Positions 40,725 to 51,149 of a stretch of 64,000 bases of DNA are shown here, in pieces. Location of the stretch: the NCBI GenBank assembly GCA_947469885.1, contig CANIQT010000012.1, forward strand, positions 4,951 through 68,950. The letters run 5' to 3'. The notes beneath the pieces are model-generated. The model ran no database searches. It had not been told where the DNA came from and saw nothing but the letters and a program-made list of their open reading frames with translations. The stretch is from Bacteroidota bacterium. Its GTDB lineage: Bacteria > Bacteroidota > Bacteroidia > 2-12-FULL-35-15. The position numbers and the translations under genes are program-made. The first letter of the stretch is position 1. Every line of letters starts with the position of its first letter.

Positions 40725-43700
40725 TTAACGCAATAACATAACACTTCCCTGCTCTTTCACCGTTTCTCCATTACAAAAAGTAACTTCGAGCATATAAGCA
40801 AACTCATCATTGTTCATTGGTAACCCTAGAAAGGTTCCGTCCCAACCCTGCAATATATTTGCTGTTTCGAATACTTTTTCGCCAACACGATCATATATTT
40901 TCAGATTAATAAAGTCTATTCCTCTACCATGAACAAGTAATAAATCATTATTATTATCTCCATTAGGTGAAAAACCGGTAGGCATAAAATAAGTGAAGAT
41001 TGGATTCACAGTTACTACTGTGGTATCAGAGGCAGGGCATCCATTCACATCTTGATAGGTAACATAGTATTGCTGAGTGGCAGAAGGCGAAACTGTTGCT
41101 ATCTGGCAGGTATTGCATGAAATTTGTGCATTAGATGGACCCCACAAATAAGAAAGTCCAGAAGGTTGAGCGGTTAACTCTGTAAATTCACACGAATTGA
41201 TAGAAGTGTTACCAGTAATGGCAACTGGAATAGGAGTTACAATATGAATATAATTAAGTCGGATAAGTGTATCTGCGCCCCCCGAATTGGTAACAATTAA
41301 TACGACCGTATAATCACCAGGAGCGGTGTAACAAACGTTTATTGGTCCGCTGGTATTGGCTGATGCAGGTACTCCACCTGGAAATTGCCAACTCCAAGTA
41401 GTAGGAGGACCAGAACTTAAATCAATAAAATTAACACATCCACTATTACAGATAAGTGTGTCGTCAGCCATAAAATTAGCAGAAGGTGGTGTACAACTGT
41501 TTGCTGTAACCGTTGCAACAGCAGTGGCAGAACATCCATTTGATGTTCCTGTGACCGTATAGGTGGTTGTTCCTAAAGTTCCAGGTGTAGCAGTTGCAGT
41601 GTTTACACCTGAGGCAGTAGCACCTGCACTCCAACCATAAGTGGTGGCCCCTCCAGCGGTTAATGTTGCCGAGGTACCTAAACAAATGGATGGAGAATTA
41701 ACCGTAACAATAGGGATAGGATTTGCAGTTATTGTTACCTGGGAAGTGGTTGGTGAACAAGGTAAACTGGTTATGGTCCATTGAAAAACATTGGCACCAG
41801 CTCCAAGACCAGTTACTCCGGATGTAGGAGAAGTTGGGGTTGTTATTGTTCCTGTACCACTTATTAATGTCCAAAGTCCTGTTCCAACAGTTGCAGTATT
41901 TCCAGCAAGAGTTGCTGTAGTTCCACAAATAGATTGATTAGCCCCTGCAATTGCAGTAGTTGGGGCAGGATTAACCGTAATGGTTACTTGAGCAGAAGTG
42001 GAAGGGCAAGGGGCATTAGAGATGGTCCATTGAAAAACATTGGCTCCTGCACCCAAACCAGTAACAGTAGAGGTAGGAGATGCAGGTGTAGTAATAGTTC
42101 CAGCACCACTTATCAATGTCCATAATCCAGTGCCTATAGTAGCCGTGTTCCCAGCTAATGTAGCAGTAGAAGTACAAATAGATTGATTTGCACCGGCAGT
42201 AGCAACTGTTGGGGTTGTAGCAGAAGTGATGGTAACCTGAGATGTAGAAGCAGGACAAGGAAGGTTATCTATTTCCCATTGAAAAACATTGGCACCTGCT
42301 CCTAAACCAGTAATGGTGGTGGTTGGAGATGTAGGTGTTGTAATTGTTCCCGAGCCGCTGATTAAGGTCCAAAGTCCAGTTCCAACAATAGGTATATTTC
42401 CAGCCATGGTTGCAGATGTCCCGCAAATGGTTTGATTAGGTCCTGCAACAGCCGTAGTTGGTCCGCCTGTGTTCGTAATTGTAACCTGTGATGACGAAGC
42501 AGGACAAGGAGAATTGGAAATGGTCCATTGAAAAACATTCGCTCCTGCTCCTAAACCAGTAACTGTTGATATTTCTGATGAAGGAGTAGTAATTGTTCCA
42601 GCACCACTAATTAATGTCCATAATCCAGTACCCAGTGTCGCTGCATTTGCTGCAAATGTTGCTGAAGTTGAACAAGCTGTCTGATTTGGTCCCGCTACCG
42701 AAACTGTTGGTGCACTTACTGATGTGATAGTTACCTGAGAAGTGCTGGCAGGGCAAGGAAGATTATCTATTTCCCATTGAAATACATTTGCTCCTGCACC
42801 TAAACCAGTAATAGTTGTTGTTTCAGATGTTGGAGTGGTGATGATTCCTGTTCCACTAACCAATGTCCAAAGTCCAGTTCCTACAATAGGTGCATTTCCA
42901 GCCATGGTTGCTGTGTTTCCGCATACAGTTTGATCGGCTCCAGCAACTGCTGTTGTTGGTCCGCCTGTGTTAGTAATGGTAACCTGCGATGATGATGCAG
43001 GGCATGGAGCATTGGTAATGGTCCATTGAAAAACATTGGCTCCTGCACCTAAACCTGTAACTGTTGATACTTCTGATGAAGGAGTAGTTATTGTTCCTGC
43101 TCCACTAATTAATGTCCAAAGTCCAGTGCCCACTGTTGCTGCATTTGCTGCAAATGTTGCTGAAGTTGAACATAAAGTTTGATTTGGTCCTGCAACGGAC
43201 ACAGTGGGCACTCCTACTGAAGTTATGGTTACCTGCGAAGTAGAAGCAGGACAAGGAAGATTATCTATTTCCCATTGAAATACATTTGCTCCTAATCCTA
43301 ATCCTGTTATTCCAGATGTTGGTGAAGTTGGAGTGGTGATGGTTCCTGTTCCGCTTATTAATGTCCAAAGTCCAGTTCCTACAATTGGTGCATTTCCAGC
43401 CATGGTTGCTGTTGCTCCGCAAACTGTTTGATCGACTCCTGCAACTGCTGTTGTTGGTCCTCCTGTATTTGTTATTGTTACTTGTGAGGATGAAGCTGGA
43501 CAAGGAGCATTGGAGATTGTCCATTGAAAAACATTGGCACCAACTCCTAATGCAGTAACTGTTGATACTTCTGATGTAGGAGTAGTAATAATGCCTGCTC
43601 CACTAATTAATGTCCAAAGTCCTGTACCCACTGTTGCTGCATTTGCTGCAAATGTTGCTGATGTGGAACACAAAGTTTGATTTGGTCCTGCAACGGACAC

Positions 43701-46700
43701 AGTAGGTGCCCCTACTGATGTTATGGTTACCTGAGATGTGCTGGCAGGACAAGGAAGATTATCTATTTCCCATTGAAACACATTGGCTCCTGCTCCAAGA
43801 CCTGTTATTCCTGAAGTTGGTGATGTTGGTGATGTAAGTGTTCCTGTTCCGCTTATAAGTGTCCACAAACCAGTACCAATGACAGGTGTGTTTCCAGCCA
43901 TGGTTGCCGTTGTTCCACAAACTGTTTGATTAGGTCCTGCCACCGCAGTAGTTGGTCCTCCAGTATTAGTAATAGTAACCTGTGATGATGATGCTGGACA
44001 AGGGGCATTGGAAATGGTCCATTGAAAAACATTGGCACCAACTCCTAAAGCAGTAACTGTGGATGATTCTGAACTAGGTGTAGTAATTGTTCCAACACCA
44101 CTAATTAAAGTCCATAATCCTGTTCCGGTTACGGCTGTATTTCCTGCAAGTGTTGCAGTTGTTGAACAAAGTGTTTGGTTGGGCCCAGCAACAGCAACCG
44201 TTGGTGCAACTACAGTGGTAATAGTTACTTGAGATGCACTTGGAGCACATGGCAAATTATTAATTTCCCATTGAAACACATTTGCACCTGCTCCTAAACC
44301 TGTAATTGCAGTTGTTGGAGATGTTGGAGTGGTAATGGTTCCTGCTCCACTTATTAACGTCCATAAACCAGCACCAATAACAGGTGCATTTCCAGCCATG
44401 GTTGCTGTTGTTCCGCAAACAGTTTGATTGGTACCTGCAAGTGATGTGGTTGGTCCGCCTGTATTTGTTATTGTTACCTGAGATGATGATGCAGGACAAG
44501 GAGCATTGGATATGGTCCATTGAAAAACATTGGCTCCTAATCCTAACCCCGTCACTGTTGTTGTTGGAGAAGCAGGAGTAGTTATTGTTCCGGCTCCGCT
44601 TATAAGAGTCCATAAGCCTGTTCCTACAACGGGAGAATTACCTACCATAGTTGCTGTTGCCGAACAAAGACTTTGATTGGGACCGGCAACGGATACTGTT
44701 GGCGCTGTTACAGAAGTAATAGTTACCTGCGATGTACTTGCAGGACAAGGAAGATTATCAATTTGCCATTGAAATACATTTGCTCCTAAACCTAATCCTG
44801 TTATTCCTGACGTTGGAGAGGTTGGTGTAGTGATTGTTCCCGTTCCACTTATCAGTGTCCAAAGTCCGGTTCCAACTACTGGTGCATTTCCAGCCATAGT
44901 TGCAGTTGTTCCACAAACTGATTGATTAGTTCCAGCTACTGAAACTGTTGGTGCGGCTGTTACATTAATAGTTACTTGAGAAGTTGATGCAGGGCATGGA
45001 GCATTCGAAATAGTCCATTGAAAAATATTGGCTCCAACCCCTAATCCAGTTATTGTGGTTGTTGGAGATGTTGGAGTTGTTATCGTTCCTGCACCGATAA
45101 ATAAGGTCCATTGTCCTGTGCCGACAACAGGTGCGTTACCAGCCATTGTTGCCGTTGTGCCACATACCGATTGATTGGCTCCTGCATTGGCAATGGTAGG
45201 ACTAGCAACTCTTGTAATGGTAACTTGTGATGAACTGGGAGCGCACGGAAGACTCGCAATTGTCCATTGAAATACATTTGCACCTATTCCTAACCCTGTA
45301 ATGGTTGTTGTTGGAGATGAGGCCGTAGTAATTGTTCCTGCACCGCTAATCAGTGTCCATGTTCCTGTTCCTACCACAGGTGCATTGCCTGCCATGGTTG
45401 CATTAGCGCCACAAACCGTTTGATTAGGTCCGGCAATTGAGGCTGTTGGTCCTGGAGTAATGGTGATGGTAACCTGAGAAGTAGATGCCGGACAAGGTGC
45501 ATTCGTTATTGACCATTGAAACACATTGGCTCCGGCTCCTAATCCTGTTATTGTTGTGGTTGGAGAAGTAGGAGTTGTTATAGTACCTGCACCGCTGATT
45601 AACGTCCACAAGCCTGTTCCAACAACCGGTGCATTGGCTGCCATTGTTGCTGTATTAACACAAACAGATTGATTTGGACCTGCTGCTGCCACTGTTGGAG
45701 CTGCAACAGAAGTAATAGTAACTTGTGTTGAACTTGCCGCACAAGGCAAATTGCTGATGGTCCATTGAAATACATTTGCCCCAACTCCTAGTCCGGTAAT
45801 TGTTGTGGTTGGTGAATTTGATGCTGTGATAGTGCCCGTTCCGCTCACTAAGGTCCACAATCCTGCACCTACCAATGGAGCATTTCCAGCCATTGTAGCA
45901 GTTGTTCCGCAAACTGTTTGATTGGGTCCAGCTACCGAAGTGGTTGGTCCACCAGTATTTGTTATCGTTACTTGAGAAGACGAAGGAGCACAAGGCGGGC
46001 TTGTAATTGTCCACTGAAACACATTGGCTCCTGCTCCTAACCCAGTAACGGTAGTATTTGGTAATAAAGGATTTGTAATGGTTGCTGTTCCACTTACTAA
46101 TGTCCATGTTCCCGTTCCAGTAACAGGAATATTACCTCCAAGGGTAGCCGTTGTGGAACAAACAGATTGATTTGCGCCTGCAACAGAGGCAGTGACGCCA
46201 GGACTTACGGTAACAATAACAGGTTTACGAAAACTTCCGGGACAAATCCCAACATAATAAGTAGTAGTAGCAAATAAAGCGGGTGTTGTGTAGGTTGTTC
46301 CTGTTCCTAAAACAGCGCCACCTGTTGGAGCAGCATACCATGTTACGGTTCCAGGTATCGCGCCAACAATAGTAGCGGTAAGTGTTGCTGTGGCACCTGC
46401 ACAAATTGTTACATTAGCAGTAGTAAGTGTATCAATAGTAATAACTGTTTGAGTTGGAAGCCCAACACCACCTTTAGTGGCACCATTAGGAGGAAACTCA
46501 GTTAACGAATTAGAATTGGTAGTCCCGTTTGTCCCTGCATTTGCTGTTCTGGCAATAGCTCCATTTGAAATTCCGATATATCCTCCTCCTCCTCCTCCTC
46601 CTGGTCCTTCGGCTTCACTCACTGCTCCAACTACCTGACTTCCTCCATTTCCACCATTAGTTGAAATTGAAATTCCTGAAATTGTACCAACAGAATTAAT

Positions 46701-47987
46701 GATTACTGTACCACCAGCTCCTCCTCCTCCTGCTCCATCCACTCCTGAATTGCCTGCTGCCACCCCGTCTGATTTTACGGTGCCAGTACCAGATACAGTC
46801 CCATAACTTAAAATATAAATCAATCCCCCTCCTTTTCCTCCGGCAGTACCTGAACCATTATCGTGATCACCAGCACCTCCACCACCACCCATAAAAATTC
46901 TACCTGTAGAATAGTCCAATGGACGACCGCCCCATCCACCTAAATTGCATCGTGCATATCCACCCCAACCATTAGCCACGCCAACAGTGCCAGGACCCAG
47001 AGTGGTCGCATTTGCATTCGCTGAAGAAAAAGAATACCCTCCTCTTCCTCCGCCTGACGAAACATTGGCCGAAAAACCAGCCGATTCAAGGTTCCAGGCA
47101 TTTGTCCATCCTGCAACAGCATTATCAGGATTACCGTTACCATTCCAACCAGCAATATTTCCGGCATTTCCACCACCACCACCACCACAGTTCCACACGT
47201 TTCCTCCACCGCCCGCATTTGCACCTGCACCTCTGCAATATTTTCCACCGAAAGGTGTATAATCAGTATCATAACCAGCCACTCCTTCTCCTTTATTAGT
47301 GCCTACATCCAGACTAATACAAGAAACTAAAACTGTTTGTGTGTGTGCACCATTCGCCATTAACGCCCCACCCCGAAAGCCTGTTGCATCTGCAGTAATA
47401 ATAGCAGGAGCATTAATTACAATTGTACTTAATGCTTCTATAGCCACTACTCCTCCTGTGGTTCCGTTCCAAACTTGTGTAGTAATGGTTCCAGGAGAGG
47501 TAACAGTAAGATTATTATATCTTGGAACACGCACTATCTGCACCTTTCCGGTTGAAGTATAACTTTTTGTTAATCCGCAATCAATTGTTATTGTTGTTGC
47601 ATTTGGCATAGTAGCCACTTGGCAAAATTCGTAATTTCCACAGTTGTTGTAATTGGTAATACCACCCCATGTAACATCATTAGGATTGCTGATGGTTGGT
47701 GAAAACGTATCGGGCTGACCAAGAATAGTAGCACCTTGCATTTGAATAATCATGATTAAATCTCCGGGAGCCAGTGCAGCGGCAAATCGTGCATTGGCAT
47801 TTAGTCCTGATGCAGCTACTGTGATAGATGTAGCCCCGGCTGCGGCATTAGCAGTGAGGGTAGTAAATTCATTTACTATTTTATTGGCTGTATTAACCGT
47901 TTGGCTTCCATCTTTTCCTCGCTGCGCGAAAGAAAATAAAGAGGCAAAAAGAAAAATTACAACGAGGTATTGTTTACTAAATTTCAT
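40725..47987 (-). CDS. Large (~2,420 aa) surface protein with an N-terminal Gly-rich domain, ~20 tandem Ig-like repeats, a PKD domain and a type-B T9SS sorting domain (CHU_C / gliding-motility-associated C-terminal domain)
   Basis: The preferred start is MKFSKQYLVVIFLFASLFSFAQ (ATG at 47987), which gives a canonical signal peptide. The ORF extends 25 codons further, to 48062. The repeat unit is GxGxWTLISGxGTITTPTSPTTTITGLGxGANVFQWTISNxPCPASxSQVTIT. The PKD segment reads ...TWSWQFPGGVPASANTSGPINVCYTAPGDYTVVLIVTNSGGAD. The C-terminus reads FMPTGFSPNGDNNNDLLLVHGRGIDFINLKIYDRVGEKVFE... Confidence 0.85.
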   Translation of the reverse strand: MKFSKQYLVVIFLFASLFSFAQRGKDGSQTVNTANKIVNEFTTLTANAAAGATSITVAASGLNANARFAAALAPGDLIMIIQMQGATILGQPDTFSPTISNPNDVTWGGITNYNNCGNYEFCQVATMPNATTITIDCGLTKSYTSTGKVQIVRVPRYNNLTVTSPGTITTQVWNGTTGGVVAIEALSTIVINAPAIITADATGFRGGALMANGAHTQTVLVSCISLDVGTNKGEGVAGYDTDYTPFGGKYCRGAGANAGGGGNVWNCGGGGGGNAGNIAGWNGNGNPDNAVAGWTNAWNLESAGFSANVSSGGGRGGYSFSSANANATTLGPGTVGVANGWGGYARCNLGGWGGRPLDYSTGRIFMGGGGGAGDHDNGSGTAGGKGGGLIYILSYGTVSGTGTVKSDGVAAGNSGVDGAGGGGAGGTVIINSVGTISGISISTNGGNGGSQVVGAVSEAEGPGGGGGGGYIGISNGAIARTANAGTNGTTNSNSLTEFPPNGATKGGVGLPTQTVITIDTLTTANVTICAGATATLTATIVGAIPGTVTWYAAPTGGAVLGTGTTYTTPALFATTTYYVGICPGSFRKPVIVTVSPGVTASVAGANQSVCSTTATLGGNIPVTGTGTWTLVSGTATITNPLLPNTTVTGLGAGANVFQWTITSPPCAPSSSQVTITNTGGPTTSVAGPNQTVCGTTATMAGNAPLVGAGLWTLVSGTGTITASNSPTTTITGLGVGANVFQWTISNLPCAASSTQVTITSVAAPTVAAAGPNQSVCVNTATMAANAPVVGTGLWTLISGAGTITTPTSPTTTITGLGAGANVFQWSITNAPCPASTSQVTITITPGPTASIAGPNQTVCGANATMAGNAPVVGTGTWTLISGAGTITTASSPTTTITGLGIGANVFQWTIASLPCAPSSSQVTITRVASPTIANAGANQSVCGTTATMAGNAPVVGTGQWTLFIGAGTITTPTSPTTTITGLGVGANIFQWTISNAPCPASTSQVTINVTAAPTVSVAGTNQSVCGTTATMAGNAPVVGTGLWTLISGTGTITTPTSPTSGITGLGLGANVFQWQIDNLPCPASTSQVTITSVTAPTVSVAGPNQSLCSATATMVGNSPVVGTGLWTLISGAGTITTPASPTTTVTGLGLGANVFQWTISNAPCPASSSQVTITNTGGPTTSLAGTNQTVCGTTATMAGNAPVIGAGLWTLISGAGTITTPTSPTTAITGLGAGANVFQWEINNLPCAPSASQVTITTVVAPTVAVAGPNQTLCSTTATLAGNTAVTGTGLWTLISGVGTITTPSSESSTVTALGVGANVFQWTISNAPCPASSSQVTITNTGGPTTAVAGPNQTVCGTTATMAGNTPVIGTGLWTLISGTGTLTSPTSPTSGITGLGAGANVFQWEIDNLPCPASTSQVTITSVGAPTVSVAGPNQTLCSTSATFAANAATVGTGLWTLISGAGIITTPTSEVSTVTALGVGANVFQWTISNAPCPASSSQVTITNTGGPTTAVAGVDQTVCGATATMAGNAPIVGTGLWTLISGTGTITTPTSPTSGITGLGLGANVFQWEIDNLPCPASTSQVTITSVGVPTVSVAGPNQTLCSTSATFAANAATVGTGLWTLISGAGTITTPSSEVSTVTGLGAGANVFQWTITNAPCPASSSQVTITNTGGPTTAVAGADQTVCGNTATMAGNAPIVGTGLWTLVSGTGIITTPTSETTTITGLGAGANVFQWEIDNLPCPASTSQVTITSVSAPTVSVAGPNQTACSTSATFAANAATLGTGLWTLISGAGTITTPSSEISTVTGLGAGANVFQWTISNSPCPASSSQVTITNTGGPTTAVAGPNQTICGTSATMAGNIPIVGTGLWTLISGSGTITTPTSPTTTITGLGAGANVFQWEIDNLPCPASTSQVTITSATTPTVATAGANQSICTSTATLAGNTATIGTGLWTLISGAGTITTPASPTSTVTGLGAGANVFQWTISNAPCPSTSAQVTITVNPAPTTAIAGANQSICGTTATLAGNTATVGTGLWTLISGTGTITTPTSPTSGVTGLGAGANVFQWTITSLPCSPTTSQVTITANPIPIVTVNSPSICLGTSATLTAGGATTYGWSAGATASGVNTATATPGTLGTTTYTVTGTSNGCSATAVATVTANSCTPPSANFMADDTLICNSGCVNFIDLSSGPPTTWSWQFPGGVPASANTSGPINVCYTAPGDYTVVLIVTNSGGADTLIRLNYIHIVTPIPVAITGNTSINSCEFTELTAQPSGLSYLWGPSNAQISCNTCQIATVSPSATQQYYVTYQDVNGCPASDTTVVTVNPIFTYFMPTGFSPNGDNNNDLLLVHGRGIDFINLKIYDRVGEKVFETANILQGWDGTFLGLPMNNDEFAYMLEVTFCNGETVKEQGSVMLLR
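41480..46250 (-). repeat. ~20 tandem ~245-bp (82-aa) Ig-like repeats with a higher-order two-repeat superunit (approx.)
   Basis: The DNA landmark CCATTGAAAAACATTGGC recurs at ~245-bp spacing from 42026 to 45995. Repeats alternate between the subtypes TISNAPCPASSSQVTITNTGGPTT and EIDNLPCPASTSQVTITSVxAPTV. Confidence 0.8.
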
Positions 47988-48125
47988 TGTTTCATAAAGT
48001 GCTGAGCTTAAAAAGTGTACCAAATTAGAACATTTTTTTGGTTCACAAAAATAATAAAACATTTAATAGATTAATAACCCTTATCTTAGGATAGAAAAAC
48101 GTAAAAAGGTATCTACGACATAAAT

Positions 48126-49385
48126 TCAGGCAAGTTCGGCTGTTTCTTCTTTAAATGGATTTCGTGGAATCCAATCTGTTGGTTTCAGATAGTCAACAAA
48201 TGGTTTGATAATTCGGTTGGACAATGGATTTCTATGTCGCACGTAACATCTGAGTTCATGGGCCTTTGCGCCTATTGTACTTTTTATTTCGGATGCAGTT
48301 CTGCCCAGAAAAAGTTGTTTCGCTTTGTTGTCAATTGCTTCTTTCACATAATCGTAAAGTATGTTTTGATACAACTCTATTTCCTTGTTTACATTATAAT
48401 CCAATCCTATGAAATGGGCTTCCACATCATGTTTCAGAATGTAAGTAGTTTTAAAACCTACTAATTTTTCATTAAAATAATAAGCAACAAAATTAAATTT
48501 ATCCTTCAATTCGTTTTTCATTTCCACAAAATATTCCGGGGATAAAGAAGCCATTCTGAATTTTGCCTTCAGATGAACATTGTTGTATAACTGTCCGATT
48601 TGTTTTGAATTTGCTTTTATTTCTTCAGTCGAAAAATTTCTGCGCTCAATCGCTGTTCCTTTCTTTACAATACCTTTGGCACGGTTGCGATATTTTTTGC
48701 TCATCGAATTCAAATAGTCGTCAAATGTTTTCCATGCTATGTCAACAATCATACTTGGCTCCACCAAAAAATCGTGGTACTTAAATTCTTCTAGTTCTTT
48801 GGAGTGTTTTATTGTATCAGCATAAAAATCTTTAACAAGCACAGCTGCAATTTTTCCTCGTAGTTTTTCTGCTCTGCTGATTCTATAAATCACATCTGCA
48901 AGTGCATCGAAAGCTAGTATTTTATCTATTTCGGGACTAGCTGTAAACCCGTTTTCGCCACTCAAACAAGCGTTTCCACAAATTAACAACCGCATGTTGA
49001 TATTGTCGGCAGTTTTGATAAGATGTCGTGTAATATGTCTCTTAATATAATTTGTAACAACACATCTGAATTCTTCCGATTCGCTTTCAAGCATGTTTGA
49101 GAAACTTTCGGAAGAAAAATCAATTACCTGAAAATAAGCAATGGCAAATGGTTTACGAGCATCGTAAATAATTGAGTAATGAAAACGCATATTTTCAGGA
49201 GGCGTTTTTTCAAGTACGTTGAGATAAGTTAATTGTAAAAATTCGCTTCCGTATTTTACAATTGCATTCCAATGTTCTTTGTTAATCATCGACACAGAAT
49301 CATAAACAGCAAACGAAAAGTCAGACGATTTTTTTCTGACTTCAGATTTCTTTTTATTTGGAATTTTATTGCAATGGATTAGCAT
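48126..49385 (-). CDS. FemAB/GNAT-superfamily-like (Acetyltransf_6-type) protein, tentative
   Basis: 419 aa. Its ATG is 3 nt after the DUF885 stop, suggesting an operon. The C-terminal region ...LYQNILYDYVKEAIDNKAKQLFLGRTASEIKSTIGAKAHELRCYV resembles the FemAB/BioF2-like acyltransferase C-terminus. The family call is weak. An alternative start is at 49289 (MINKEHW...). Confidence 0.35.
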   Translation of the reverse strand: MLIHCNKIPNKKKSEVRKKSSDFSFAVYDSVSMINKEHWNAIVKYGSEFLQLTYLNVLEKTPPENMRFHYSIIYDARKPFAIAYFQVIDFSSESFSNMLESESEEFRCVVTNYIKRHITRHLIKTADNINMRLLICGNACLSGENGFTASPEIDKILAFDALADVIYRISRAEKLRGKIAAVLVKDFYADTIKHSKELEEFKYHDFLVEPSMIVDIAWKTFDDYLNSMSKKYRNRAKGIVKKGTAIERRNFSTEEIKANSKQIGQLYNNVHLKAKFRMASLSPEYFVEMKNELKDKFNFVAYYFNEKLVGFKTTYILKHDVEAHFIGLDYNVNKEIELYQNILYDYVKEAIDNKAKQLFLGRTASEIKSTIGAKAHELRCYVRHRNPLSNRIIKPFVDYLKPTDWIPRNPFKEETAELA

Positions 49386-49388
49386 AGT

Positions 49389-51149
49389 TTATTTCGAATT
49401 CATTTCAGCCAGCATCAACTCTTTGATATATTTAACAGGCGCGCTGCCATAGCTCAAAAACTTTTCGTGAAATTGTTTAAGATTAAATTTATCTCCCAAC
49501 TTTGTTTTCATCTCTTCGCGGAAATCATAAATTTCGGTGAAGCCCGTAAAGTAGCAACACAACTGTACTTGTGTAACCGATACTCTTCTCCATTTATTTT
49601 CAGCTTCTGTTTTTTGTTGAAACGCCTCATTAATCAACAGGTTCATGGCATCTTCTTTACTCATATTTTTGGTGTGAACACTGTAATCCAAAATAGTATT
49701 GCATGTGCTGCGCAAATTCCATTTGTAATACATCAACCACATTTCATCTTCATTATTTCCGTAACCACTCTCCAACATCATTCGCTCTCCATACACCGCC
49801 CAGCCTTCAATCATGGCATTGTTGCCAAACAACGATTTAATTAAACTTGGCGATTGATTGCTGTAAACAAGTTGAGTGTAGTGTCCCGGAATGGCTTCGT
49901 GAATATTTAATATTTGCAAAATGTATTTATTATACTCTCTCAAATAACTTTCTGCTTTGTCTTTTTCCCAACCAGAAAGGCTGCCCACATTGTAATACGT
50001 GTTGCCTCCTTTATCATACGGTCCGGGAGCGGAAATGGAAGCACCTGCTACACCTGCCATATAATCAGGTTCTCTGCGAACCACCAAAGGTTTTGATGGG
50101 TCAATATAAATTAAATCTTTGTCTTTGATAAATTGGATGAGCACCGGCATTTGCTGCTCTATGGCTGATTGAAACGAATCAGGCTTAACATGTATCTCCG
50201 ATAATTTATCAATCACACTTTTTATTTCCACTAATTTATCAGCAGGTTTAGGAGTTTTGTCCATGTACTTTGTCCAGAGTTTATCAGCCAGCTCAAACAT
50301 TTTTTCGTGCAATTCTTTTTTATGTGCAATGGCTTTATCATAGATTTGGTCGATAGTGTAGCCACTTTGAATATCGTACTCAAACTTTTTTACATACAAT
50401 TCTTTGCCTAAACGAAAACTTCTTGGCTTATCATTTTTCATTTTCTTCAACCAATCAGTAAAATTTTTAATTGCCTTTACCGCATCATCAGCGCGTTCCA
50501 GCATTTTACTTTTTTCTTCGTTACTGAGTTTCGATTTTTTTAATGCTTCTTTCAAATCTTTTTCGAACACCGAAATACCACCAAGATTTTGTTCAATAGC
50601 CAGTTTGGTATGCTCTTCGGTTGGGTCTTCAATATTTTTTTTTGCGGCTTTATAGTATTCAGGAATGTTTTTCATTTTCAAATTAAAATTATGCAAACGA
50701 ACATCCAGCGAATCGTAATTGCCATTCAACATTTCGGCAAAAGCTCCACAAACATTGTATTCCGTAGGGTTCCATTCCCACGACTTCATTTCCTTCACCG
50801 ACCAAATAGCAGACAACAATTGATTTTCTATCATGTGATAATCTGTTTTATTGTTATCCGATAGTGAATCTACACTAAACAATTTCAGCGAATCTAAATA
50901 AGCAGCCGCAAATTTTACTTCCGCATCGCGCTCCTTTTCGTCAGGCACCACCAACACATCATCATATTTATGATACCCCTGACTACTAGCCCAACCCGGA
51001 TAAACCTTCCACAGTGCTTCAATAAAACGATTTTTATAATTTTCGAAATGCTCATCCGAAAGTGCATTGTTCGAATTGTTTTTATTTACATCACCTCTAC
51101 CACACGATGCAAGCAAAATGCAAATGATTGGATAAATTATTTTTTTCAT
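49389..51149 (-). CDS. DUF885-family lipoprotein (putative metallopeptidase-like, HExxGH motif)
   Basis: There is a lipobox (ICILLASCG). The motif HEAIPGHYTQ is characteristic of DUF885. 586 aa. Confidence 0.7.
   Translation of the reverse strand: MKKIIYPIICILLASCGRGDVNKNNSNNALSDEHFENYKNRFIEALWKVYPGWASSQGYHKYDDVLVVPDEKERDAEVKFAAAYLDSLKLFSVDSLSDNNKTDYHMIENQLLSAIWSVKEMKSWEWNPTEYNVCGAFAEMLNGNYDSLDVRLHNFNLKMKNIPEYYKAAKKNIEDPTEEHTKLAIEQNLGGISVFEKDLKEALKKSKLSNEEKSKMLERADDAVKAIKNFTDWLKKMKNDKPRSFRLGKELYVKKFEYDIQSGYTIDQIYDKAIAHKKELHEKMFELADKLWTKYMDKTPKPADKLVEIKSVIDKLSEIHVKPDSFQSAIEQQMPVLIQFIKDKDLIYIDPSKPLVVRREPDYMAGVAGASISAPGPYDKGGNTYYNVGSLSGWEKDKAESYLREYNKYILQILNIHEAIPGHYTQLVYSNQSPSLIKSLFGNNAMIEGWAVYGERMMLESGYGNNEDEMWLMYYKWNLRSTCNTILDYSVHTKNMSKEDAMNLLINEAFQQKTEAENKWRRVSVTQVQLCCYFTGFTEIYDFREEMKTKLGDKFNLKQFHEKFLSYGSAPVKYIKELMLAEMNSK

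Noticed and set aside
47988-48062. N-terminal 25-codon extension (MFYYFCEPKKCSNLVHFLSSALYET) of the about 2,420-aa gene in the ORF track
   Set aside because: The downstream ATG at 47987 gives a canonical Sec signal peptide (MKFSKQYLVVIFLFASLFSFAQ). The extension is Cys/aromatic-rich and unlikely to precede a signal peptide.
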